From: Anaerolineae bacterium
GTDB lineage: Bacteria > Chloroflexota > Anaerolineae > 4572-78 > NAK82
Length of the DNA: 33,371 bases
NCBI GenBank assembly: GCA_025062175.1
Contig: JANXAX010000002.1
Location: 1-33,371 of the forward strand
Direction: 5' to 3'
Part shown: positions 1-7,762 of the stretch, piece by piece
Position numbering within the stretch: position 1 is the stretch's first letter
How the letters are laid out: every line of letters begins with the position of its first letter
Notes under the pieces: generated by a model
Told to the model about the DNA's origin: nothing
What the model saw: only the letters and a program-made list of their open reading frames with translations
Databases searched by the model: none
Position numbers and translations under genes: made by a program

Positions 1-1
1 C

Positions 2-421
2 GTCTTCCTGCCGGTTTTGGTGCCCGGTGCCTTGTTCTCCTGCGGCGACTGCCACGCGGCGCAGGGTGATGGCGAGGTCAACGGCACCGCCATCGAGATG
101 CCCGCTACAGTGACGTTACGTTTCCATCTGCACAAGGGGGTTAACCTCCCCGAGCTGCGCTTCCGGACCCCACCGGGCAAGAAGCTCACCAGGGTGGACG
201 AAGGGGGCTATTACGTCACCACCGCGGCCGGGCCCGACCTCTTTAAGAACGCGCAACAAGCTACCCGCTATATGATTGACTATATGACAAAGGAATATGG
301 TCTGACACCCGAGCAAGCTTATTGTCTGTGTGGTGTGGTGTTGGATCTCAAGATCAGCCAGGTCGTGGACACGCCGAACTGGATGGTATCTGCGTACCTC
401 CCGCTGAGCATTTTTGTCTAG
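2..421 (+). CDS. acetamidase/formamidase family protein, C-terminal part (5' end lies outside the window)
   Basis: The frame is open from the window edge. Translation reads VFLPVLVPGALFSCGDCHAAQGDGEVNGTAIEMP..., which matches the FmdA/AmdA-type GDxHAxQGDGE motif. Stop codon ends at 421. Confidence 0.8.
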   Translation, partial: VFLPVLVPGALFSCGDCHAAQGDGEVNGTAIEMPATVTLRFHLHKGVNLPELRFRTPPGKKLTRVDEGGYYVTTAAGPDLFKNAQQATRYMIDYMTKEYGLTPEQAYCLCGVVLDLKISQVVDTPNWMVSAYLPLSIFV

Positions 422-435
422 GGGTGTGCCCTCAG

Positions 436-490
436 GGGGATGGGGAGATGGGAAGAAAGAGCTTGTGGCATCTCTCCCATCCCCGTTTCA
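436..490 (+). terminator. putative intrinsic terminator after the formamidase gene
   Basis: GGGGATGGGGAGAT (436-449) pairs with ATCTCTCCCATCCCC (470-484) with one bulged T. It is followed by a weak GTTTC tail, 15 nt after the stop codon. Confidence 0.4.
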
Positions 491-713
491 TCTCCTGGTG
501 GCGTTTCTCCTCATAAACTACCTTGGCCGCTGTATGTGAACACTTTATCTTGCCCCTAGAGCGTGGACAACTCTTCCCCCTTCTGCTTGATCTAAACCGC
601 AGGTCTGAGACAAGGATCTAGCGACGGTTACCTGTCCTGCGCTTAGGTGGTGTCTAGCAGGTGCCATTTGCGGGAAAATTCTTTCCATCTAGGAAAACTG
701 ACTGAAAAAGCTA

Positions 714-742
714 TTGACACAGAAAACGTTTTCTGCTATACT
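714..742 (+). promoter_or_regulatory. sigma70-type promoter of the LacI/ABC/GH127 locus
   Basis: TTGACA (714-719), exactly 17 nt spacer, TATACT (737-742). It lies about 100 nt upstream of the LacI start codon. Confidence 0.7.
721..734. promoter_or_regulatory. LacI-family operator 1 (perfect palindrome AGAAAACGTTTTCT)
   Basis: Perfect 14-bp palindrome with the central CG typical of LacI/GalR operators. It sits inside the promoter spacer. Confidence 0.65.
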
Positions 743-748
743 AGTTAT

Positions 749-762
749 AGAAAACGTTTTCT
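749..762. promoter_or_regulatory. LacI-family operator 2 (identical palindrome AGAAAACGTTTTCT)
   Basis: Second identical 14-bp palindrome, 28 bp centre-to-centre from operator 1. It covers the predicted transcription start just downstream of the -10. Confidence 0.65.
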
Positions 763-839
763 GAGCTGCGATGTTCCGGGTTGGAGGGACCATCTAGCAT
801 AGGATCTCCATCACCGCACCCTCTCTTGTGGTGAGTACT

Positions 840-1919
840 ATGTCGGTGAAGCTAGAGGACATTGCCAAAGCAACTGGTTTTTCCATCGCTACTGTCTCCC
901 GCGTCCTGGCAGGAACTGATTATCCGGTCAGCCCATCCGTCCGCGAGAAGGTGTTGAGCGTCGCCCAGGCGATGGGTTACAAGCCCAACATCGCCGCACG
1001 CAGCCTGCGCAGCAATCGAACCAACACGGTCGGGATCATTGTGGATGACATCATGAGCCCCTTCGTGCCGCCCATCGTGCGAGGCATCCAGGATTGCTTG
1101 CGCGAAAACGGTTTCTTGAGCCTCATTGTCAACTCCGACTGGGATCCCGATCAGGAACAGGACGCCATCCGAACGCTGATCAGCCGACCCGTGGATGGCA
1201 TTATCTTCGTGGAATACTCGCATCGCGTGCGCAGTGAGATTCTGGAGAAGTCCCATAAGCCCCATATGTTTGTCCACCGGATCTTCGGTTCACCGATCAA
1301 GAATTCTGTCGTGCCGGACGATCATTACGGCGCCACGCTAGCCGTGCGCCACCTCATCTCCCTAGGACACCAACGTATTGGATACATCAACGGGCCGGAG
1401 AACTGGCACAACTCGCGAGCGCGCTATCTCGGCTACCAGGATGAATTGGAGCGCCACAATATCCCGTTCGATCCTGAGCTGGTTCAACCGGGAGATTGGG
1501 AGATGGAGAGCGGATATAGGGCGGCTCAGAACCTGCTCGCACTTCGGGATCGACCTACTGCGATATTTGCGGCGAATGACTTGATGGCACTTGGCGCCAT
1601 CTACGCCATTCAAGACGCCCACCTGCGTGTCCCGGAGGATATTGCTGTGGTGGGCTATGACAACCGTGATTTTGCTAAGATTGTACGTCCAAGGCTGACC
1701 ACTGTGGCGATGCCCGTCTATGAGATGGGACGGGTTGCCACGGAATCCCTGCTGGCGCAGATCGCAGGAGAACATGGCGAGACGGAAGAGATCAAAGTGC
1801 GCGGTGAGCTCGTCATCCGTGATACGTGCGGCGCGGATGAAGCCTTGAAGGCCCGAGAGGAGATCAACCCCAGGACAGCGTTCAGGCGGGTGTTGCTGAA
1901 CAAGCAACCCGAGGGGTGA
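840..1919 (+). CDS. LacI family transcriptional regulator
   Basis: N-terminal HTH MSVKLEDIAKATGFSIATVSRVLAG followed by a periplasmic-binding-protein-like sugar-binding core (VGYDN, FAANDLMALGA). I prefer the ATG at 840 (GGTGAG 4 nt upstream) over the GTG at 828. Confidence 0.9.
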   Translation: MSVKLEDIAKATGFSIATVSRVLAGTDYPVSPSVREKVLSVAQAMGYKPNIAARSLRSNRTNTVGIIVDDIMSPFVPPIVRGIQDCLRENGFLSLIVNSDWDPDQEQDAIRTLISRPVDGIIFVEYSHRVRSEILEKSHKPHMFVHRIFGSPIKNSVVPDDHYGATLAVRHLISLGHQRIGYINGPENWHNSRARYLGYQDELERHNIPFDPELVQPGDWEMESGYRAAQNLLALRDRPTAIFAANDLMALGAIYAIQDAHLRVPEDIAVVGYDNRDFAKIVRPRLTTVAMPVYEMGRVATESLLAQIAGEHGETEEIKVRGELVIRDTCGADEALKAREEINPRTAFRRVLLNKQPEG

Positions 1920-2057
1920 GCGACTTACTTGCTGAGGAGCCTGTGGGGAAAGGAGAGTTTTCCACGAAAGGAGGTGGTACTGTCCAAACGCACAAATGTT
2001 CAGAATGAGCGCTTGGGTTCTGCAACTCTAGTCTCAATTTTTAAGAGGAGGCGCAAA

Positions 2058-3395
2058 ATGAAGAGAACCTATTCGCGACGTGAGTTTCTGGGGATGGCAG
2101 GAGCAGTTGCAGCCGGCAGTGTGTTGGCTGCGAGCACTCCGGTCACTGCGTTGGCCAGTCAGCTCCAAGCGGCTCCTGCAGCGCGCCGGCAGGCTCCAGC
2201 AGTGCTTACCCCGCGTAAAGTTCGCATTGCAGTGGGCGGTTGGGCCGAGCAGAACATGAAAGACCTGCTGGCCAGGACCAATTTCACCAAGGAGACAGGA
2301 ATTGAGGTCGAGGTGGTGCTCCGAACCGACACCAAGGAAACCGAGCTCACCCGCCTGGCCAGCGCGGTCCAGGCCGGCACGAGCCCCTACGACGTGATTG
2401 ACTTTGAGGACGAGCTGACCACCTCGTTCTCGCGGGCCGGCTATGTGATCGGACTGGATGACTTGTTGCCTCCTGACTTCTGGGATGACTTTCCGCCGGA
2501 AATGATCGCCTACAGTCAGACATGGAGCACCTATAAAGGTGAGACCTTCCGCATCATCCACAACTGGGAAATGCCCTACTGGTGGTATCGCAAGGACTGG
2601 TTTGATGCCAGAGGGATCCCTGTGCCGACAACCTGGGAAGAGGTCAAGCCCCTGGGCAAGGTTTTCACGGACGAGACCAAGGGTGTGTGGGCCTCTGTGG
2701 ATGGGCTGATCAAGGGGGCTTTCCTGAACGTCTATCTGGCTTGGATCACCCTGCAAGCGGGTGGCAATCCGTTCGACGTCGGCCCTGAATATAAGATGGC
2801 TCTCGAGTACATTTATGACCTCATGTACACCAGCAAGGTGCTCAACCCAGCGTCACTGCAGAAAGATTACAACCAGCAGAACGCAGACTATATCGCCGAC
2901 AGGGTAGCCTTTATGCGCCAGTGGCCTTTCTTTGGGGACGTCGCCCGCAGCCCTGAAAACAAGGACTGGTTCAGCGAGGATAAGGTGGCGGTTGCATTGC
3001 CACCGGCCGGACCAGGTGGCAAAGCAGGGTCCACCTATGCAGCGGCCTGGGGATTCGGCATCATCAAGACGTCCCCCAACCTGGCAGAAGCCAAGGAGCT
3101 CCTCAAGTTCCTCGTCTCGAAAGAGATAGCGGTAGAGGCGATGAAAGTCGGCTTCTGGTTCCTCAGCGCCCGCAAGTCCGTCCTAGCGGCGGCGCCCCAG
3201 GACAACTGGCTAGTCAAACAGCTGAAGATGTACACGGATGCGGGCGTCATCGGGGTGCGCCCCTTCCATCCTCGGTTTGTGGAGGCACTCACTATCCTCG
3301 AAGACACGGCGGCGGCCTATCTCACCCACCAGATCAGTCTCGACGAGTCGCTGAAGCAAGCGAAAGAGCGGTTGGCGCAGCTCGAGGAGGAATAG
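2058..3395 (+). CDS. ABC transporter substrate-binding protein (family 1 extracellular solute-binding, sugar/oligosaccharide type) with TAT-like signal
   Basis: MKRTYSRREFLGMAGAVAAGSVLAAS signal peptide, with AAGAGGAGG RBS 6 nt before the ATG at 2058. The ORF-track start at 1929 adds an implausible leader. Confidence 0.9.
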   Translation: MKRTYSRREFLGMAGAVAAGSVLAASTPVTALASQLQAAPAARRQAPAVLTPRKVRIAVGGWAEQNMKDLLARTNFTKETGIEVEVVLRTDTKETELTRLASAVQAGTSPYDVIDFEDELTTSFSRAGYVIGLDDLLPPDFWDDFPPEMIAYSQTWSTYKGETFRIIHNWEMPYWWYRKDWFDARGIPVPTTWEEVKPLGKVFTDETKGVWASVDGLIKGAFLNVYLAWITLQAGGNPFDVGPEYKMALEYIYDLMYTSKVLNPASLQKDYNQQNADYIADRVAFMRQWPFFGDVARSPENKDWFSEDKVAVALPPAGPGGKAGSTYAAAWGFGIIKTSPNLAEAKELLKFLVSKEIAVEAMKVGFWFLSARKSVLAAAPQDNWLVKQLKMYTDAGVIGVRPFHPRFVEALTILEDTAAAYLTHQISLDESLKQAKERLAQLEEE

Positions 3396-3418
3396 TTGCC
3401 TGGCACGGGCCTGTTTGA

Positions 3419-3451
3419 TTGCCTGGGCAGGCTGGGCACCTGCCCAGGCAA
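3419..3451 (+). other. intercistronic stem-loop between the SBP and permease genes
   Basis: TTGCCTGGGCAGG (3419-3431) and CCTGCCCAGGCAA (3439-3451) form a perfect 13-bp stem with a 7-nt loop. There is no T-tract after it. Confidence 0.6.
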
Positions 3452-3539
3452 GGCCTATGGTGGCACGCCGCATATAGAGTAAACGAGTTGATAGAGACAA
3501 TAACCCCTGAGAGGCTCGGGGTGAAAAGGAGGACAATTC

Positions 3540-4487
3540 GTGCATCAGACTTATGCCCGTGCACCCAGCTTGGCTCGCGCAAATGGCCAGCCTATCTTGG
3601 CCGCTTTGTCCAAAGCCGGCCAACGGCGCTATGTGCTCTTTCTGCTCCTAATAGCGCCGGCCTTCTTATTGCGCATCACCACGGCTGCCTATCCAATCCT
3701 GCAGACCATTTATTTGAGCTTCACGAATCTTAACCTTATCAAGAACACCAACGAGTTCATTGGCCTGCAGAACTATGTAGCCGTGTTCCACGATTACGGT
3801 GTCCGCGAGGCGTTATCTTTCACGATCATGTTAGTGGTGAGTGCCACTATCCTCGAGCTTGGGATTGGCATGCTGGTCGCACTGTTGCTCAATGCCGCTT
3901 TTGTAGGGAGAGGCTTTGCGCGCACCATCAATCTAATCCCTTGGGCCATTCCCACCATTGTAGCAGGTTACACCTTTCGTTGGTTGTTGGATGACCAATT
4001 CGGGTTGATCCCATACTGGTTGAATCTGCTGAGCGGCGCTCGAATGGTGGCCTTCATTGATCCCGTCTCAGCTAGGATAGCCGTCATACTGGTGCACGTG
4101 TGGAAAGACGCTCCGTTCATGGCTATCATTTTCCTGGCCGGCTTACAGGGCGTCCCACAGGACTTGTATGAGGCAGCCAGAGTAGATGGGGCAAATGTCT
4201 GGCATCGATTCTGGCATATTACCCTACCATTGGTGATGCCACTTACGATTACCATGGGTCTATTCCGGGTGGTGTGGTCGCTGGGGAGTTTTGATCTAGT
4301 CTATGGACTCACGCAAGGAGGACCGGGAGTCGCGACCTCGGTACTGGCCTTGCAAGTGTTTCGAGAGGGTATCATGTTCTTCAAGTTTGGCTTTGCTTCG
4401 ACCATCAGTGTAGTCTTGCTCGTTGTGGTGGCCATCGTCGGTGCCATCGGACTCTGGTTGTTCCGCAGATCTGAAGTTTCCTACTGA
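3540..4487 (+). CDS. carbohydrate ABC transporter permease (MalF/UgpA-like)
   Basis: Multi-TM protein with a BPD_transp_1-type EAA loop (LYEAARVDGANVWHRFWHITLPL). GTG start is preceded by AAAGGAGGA. Confidence 0.9.
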   Translation: MHQTYARAPSLARANGQPILAALSKAGQRRYVLFLLLIAPAFLLRITTAAYPILQTIYLSFTNLNLIKNTNEFIGLQNYVAVFHDYGVREALSFTIMLVVSATILELGIGMLVALLLNAAFVGRGFARTINLIPWAIPTIVAGYTFRWLLDDQFGLIPYWLNLLSGARMVAFIDPVSARIAVILVHVWKDAPFMAIIFLAGLQGVPQDLYEAARVDGANVWHRFWHITLPLVMPLTITMGLFRVVWSLGSFDLVYGLTQGGPGVATSVLALQVFREGIMFFKFGFASTISVVLLVVVAIVGAIGLWLFRRSEVSY

Positions 4488-4508
4488 GTTGGGGAGAGAG
4501 GAGGAGAA

Positions 4509-5369
4509 ATGGTGAATAGAGCGCGCATCAGCAGGCCGTGGAGTCGCCGGTGGAGCAGCAGCGCTGTATATGTGAGTTTCCTCTTCTTTACTTTCATTGT
4601 GCTTTTGCCGGTTTATTGGATGGTGCGCTCCTCTCTGGCCCCCGCTGCTGATCTGATAAAGATTCCGCTGGTCTACTTTCCCACGCCAACCTTGCGCAAC
4701 TTCATCACGTTGGTGGAGCAGGTGCCATTCCTGGATTATGTGCGCAACTCGCTCGTCTTCGCACTTGCGACAACCCTTGTGACGCTGGTGGTCAGTTTTC
4801 TGGCTGCCTATGCCTTTGCCCGCATTCGCTTCCCAGGCAGCAGCATTATCATGTGGACGTTGGTCCTCTCAATGGCATTGCCCGATGTTGGCACTATCGT
4901 GCCGCTGTACCGTATACTTTCCAGCTTGCGCCTGCTAGATACCATCGCCGGTATCACTTTGGTGCTGAGCAGTGCCCTGGCGCCCTTCACCGTGTGGGTG
5001 CTCGTCTCTTTCATCAAGCAAGTGCCCTATGAAATTGAGGAGGCTGCAATCATCGACGGTGCATCGTTGTGGCAGATCTTTGGACGCATCTTGGTGCCGG
5101 TTACCAAGCCAGCGCTGGTGACCATGGGACTGATCAACTTCATCAACGCGTGGAACAATCTCCTCTATCCGCTGTCTTTCACCACGTCGCCCTCCTCCAA
5201 GACGCTTAGTGTGTCCATCACGGAGGTGTTCGCCGGCTACTCGCCATGGGGAAAACCGTGGGAACTGATCATGGCTGTCGGGGTGACGATGACTGTCCCG
5301 ATGGTTATTCTGGTTCTCTTCTCGCAAAGAGCGATTGTGCGCGGTCTCACCGGCGGCGCAATCAAGTAG
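4509..5369 (+). CDS. carbohydrate ABC transporter permease (MalG/UgpE-like)
   Basis: Multi-TM protein with EAA loop EEAAIIDGASLWQIFGRILVP. GGAGGAG RBS lies before the ATG. Confidence 0.9.
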   Translation: MVNRARISRPWSRRWSSSAVYVSFLFFTFIVLLPVYWMVRSSLAPAADLIKIPLVYFPTPTLRNFITLVEQVPFLDYVRNSLVFALATTLVTLVVSFLAAYAFARIRFPGSSIIMWTLVLSMALPDVGTIVPLYRILSSLRLLDTIAGITLVLSSALAPFTVWVLVSFIKQVPYEIEEAAIIDGASLWQIFGRILVPVTKPALVTMGLINFINAWNNLLYPLSFTTSPSSKTLSVSITEVFAGYSPWGKPWELIMAVGVTMTVPMVILVLFSQRAIVRGLTGGAIK

Positions 5370-5400
5370 GCAATCAAGCAGAAAAGGGAAAAGACATCCT

Positions 5401-7353
5401 GTGGAACACTCATTGCGATCCTGTGCAGGGCCTGTCGACAACTCGCGCAGCCCTTATGCCACACTGAGGACTTTGCCTTTTGGTTCTGTCCGGATCACTG
5501 CTGGATTCTGGGCCGTACGTCGGGAAGTAAATCGCAAGGTGAGCCTGAGACACGGCTATGCGATGCTGGAAAAGGCCGGCAACTTTCACAACCTCAGATT
5601 AGCTGCGGGGAAGGCATCTGGAACCTACAGAGGTATGCACTTTGCTGACGAGAACGTGTACAAATGGCTTGAGGCAATGGCTTGGGAAATGGGCAATGCG
5701 CCGGATGATGGCCTGTGCCAGCTGGCCGATGAGGCAATCGAGTTGATCGTCGCTGCGCAACAACCAGATGGATACCTGAACAGTTACTACCAGGTGGTCG
5801 AGCCGCATCGAAGATGGAGTGATCTGGACTTTGGCCATGAGCTGTACTGTGCCGGTCATCTCTTTCAGGCCGCCATAGCGTTCCGACGGGCACTGAATGA
5901 CCACCGTTTGCTACACGTCGCGACGCGGCTGGCCGACCATATCGCTTCAGTTTTCGGACCAGGGAAGAAAGAAGGAGCGTGCGGACATCCCGAAATCGAG
6001 ATGGCGCTGGTCGAGCTCTACCGCACCACGGGAAACGAGACCTACCTGAAAATGGCGCAGTTCTTCATAGATCAGCGCGGCAAGAGAAGGATGCGTGGGC
6101 TCGGTGCCAATGGCCCGGAGTACCATCAGGACCACGTCCCAGTGCGCGCGGCGACGGAGGTGGCCGGCCACGCCGTGCGTCAGATGTATCTGGTCGCCGG
6201 GGTCACGGATCTCTATATGGAAACTGGAGAACCGGCGCTGCTGAGTGCCGTTGAGCGGCTGTGGCGCGACATGACCACCACCAAGATGTATGTGACTGGG
6301 GGAATCGGTTCGCGTTTCGACGGTGAGGCGTTTGGCGAAGCGTATGAACTGCCACCCGACCAGTGCTATTGTGAAACCTGTGCTGCGATTGGCAGCCTGA
6401 TGTGGAATTGGCGTCTGCTGCTTCTGAGTGGAGAGAGCCGCTATGCTGACCTGATCGAACGCACTTTGTACAATGGCATCCTGAGCAGCCCAAGCCTGGA
6501 TGGGAAGCATTATTTCTACGTGAACCCGCTTATGTTGCGCAATAGCCGTTATGTGCGCCTGTCCAGCAATGTGTCGCAGGGGGAGTCCCTTGCTGGTCGT
6601 CCCGAGTGGCACAGCGTAGCGTGCTGCCCTCCCAATGTGATGCGCCTGCTTTCCTCATTGGAACATTACTTTGTCACCACCGATAGGAATGGATTGCAAA
6701 TTCATTTGTATGGGGCATTCAACATCACAACGCAGTTACCGAACGAGCAGCCAGTCAGTCTCGCTGTCGAGACAGATTATCCTTGGGAAGGGCATATCCA
6801 CATCATAGTGCGAGAAACTGGCTCGAATCCGTGGGAGATGCGCCTGCGTTTGCCGGAATGGTGCTCATCCTTTCGTTTGACCCTGAATAACCACTACGTC
6901 CAGCATCCTGTCCTCGAGAAGGGATACATCAAGCTGGCGCGAATCTGGCAAGCGGGAGATGTAGTCGACTTGGACCTGGCGATGCCGCCCTTCTTGCTGA
7001 TGCCTAACCCACGGGTAGATGCCATTCGGGGTTGTGTGGCGATCCAGCGGGGACCGCTCGTTTACTGCCTCGAAGGCTGTGATCAGGAGCTGCCAGACAG
7101 CCTGCTTGACCTGCGGATCGACGCGAGCCGACCGCTGGTCATCCATCGGTATGAGAATCTGCTGGACGGCATTGTGACGATAGAGGCAGATGGGTATCTC
7201 TTTGATCCACAATCGTGGCAGGGCACGTTGTATCGGCCTGTTGAGGATATGCCTCACACCAATCGACGAGCGCTCCGCCTGAAAGCAATCCCTTACTATG
7301 CGTGGGGCAACCGCGGCATCGGCAGCATGCGCGTGTGGATCCCGACGGTCTGA
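5401..7353 (+). CDS. glycoside hydrolase family 127 protein (beta-L-arabinofuranosidase, HypBA1-like)
   Basis: DUF1680/GH127 hallmarks: YCETCA (Glu 6373-6375, Cys 6379-6381) and VACCPPN (Cys-Cys 6622-6627). The start is uncertain: the ORF-track ATG at 5335 overlaps the permease by 35 nt, and the GTG at 5401 after AAGGGA is more plausible. Confidence 0.85.
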   Translation: MEHSLRSCAGPVDNSRSPYATLRTLPFGSVRITAGFWAVRREVNRKVSLRHGYAMLEKAGNFHNLRLAAGKASGTYRGMHFADENVYKWLEAMAWEMGNAPDDGLCQLADEAIELIVAAQQPDGYLNSYYQVVEPHRRWSDLDFGHELYCAGHLFQAAIAFRRALNDHRLLHVATRLADHIASVFGPGKKEGACGHPEIEMALVELYRTTGNETYLKMAQFFIDQRGKRRMRGLGANGPEYHQDHVPVRAATEVAGHAVRQMYLVAGVTDLYMETGEPALLSAVERLWRDMTTTKMYVTGGIGSRFDGEAFGEAYELPPDQCYCETCAAIGSLMWNWRLLLLSGESRYADLIERTLYNGILSSPSLDGKHYFYVNPLMLRNSRYVRLSSNVSQGESLAGRPEWHSVACCPPNVMRLLSSLEHYFVTTDRNGLQIHLYGAFNITTQLPNEQPVSLAVETDYPWEGHIHIIVRETGSNPWEMRLRLPEWCSSFRLTLNNHYVQHPVLEKGYIKLARIWQAGDVVDLDLAMPPFLLMPNPRVDAIRGCVAIQRGPLVYCLEGCDQELPDSLLDLRIDASRPLVIHRYENLLDGIVTIEADGYLFDPQSWQGTLYRPVEDMPHTNRRALRLKAIPYYAWGNRGIGSMRVWIPTV

Positions 7354-7762
7354 TGCACTAGCAAGCTCATGCCCATGTAGCGTCGCAAGAACTCAAGACC
7401 AGCAGATTGCAAAGATGCTGGATGGGATTTGCTCATCTATCCGCGGCACGGTTTGAGCTCTGCCTCTCTCCGAAATGAAATCCGCCTGTCTCTACTCGAT
7501 GGTATGCCGTTTGCTTTTAGACGGCGTGTGGGCAAGCCGTCAACCGAGCTCTAGTCGTCTCCTAGCCACCTGATAGTTTACTGACACCGATAGGGAACCA
7601 ATGGACACGAATTGGCGGTGCGTTGTGTTGATCAGCTCTCGCTCGGCAAAGCGCAGACCAATTTGAAAGACGCTCTAAGGGTTTCGCGTTCGTGGTAACA
7701 AAGCAAGTAACAAGATGGGCAGCAACGCCTAGTCAGATTTTGTTCGATGTCGTGTGACGCGA

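Noticed and set aside
1929-2057. N-terminal extension of the SBP ORF (track start at 1929).
   Set aside because: It would place about 43 residues before the twin-arginine signal peptide. The ATG at 2058 has an AAGAGGAGG RBS and gives a normal signal peptide.
5335-5400. GH127 start at the ATG at 5335.
   Set aside because: It overlaps the permease gene by 35 nt and encodes a basic, non-conserved leader. The GTG at 5401 after AAGGGA is more plausible, but this remains uncertain.
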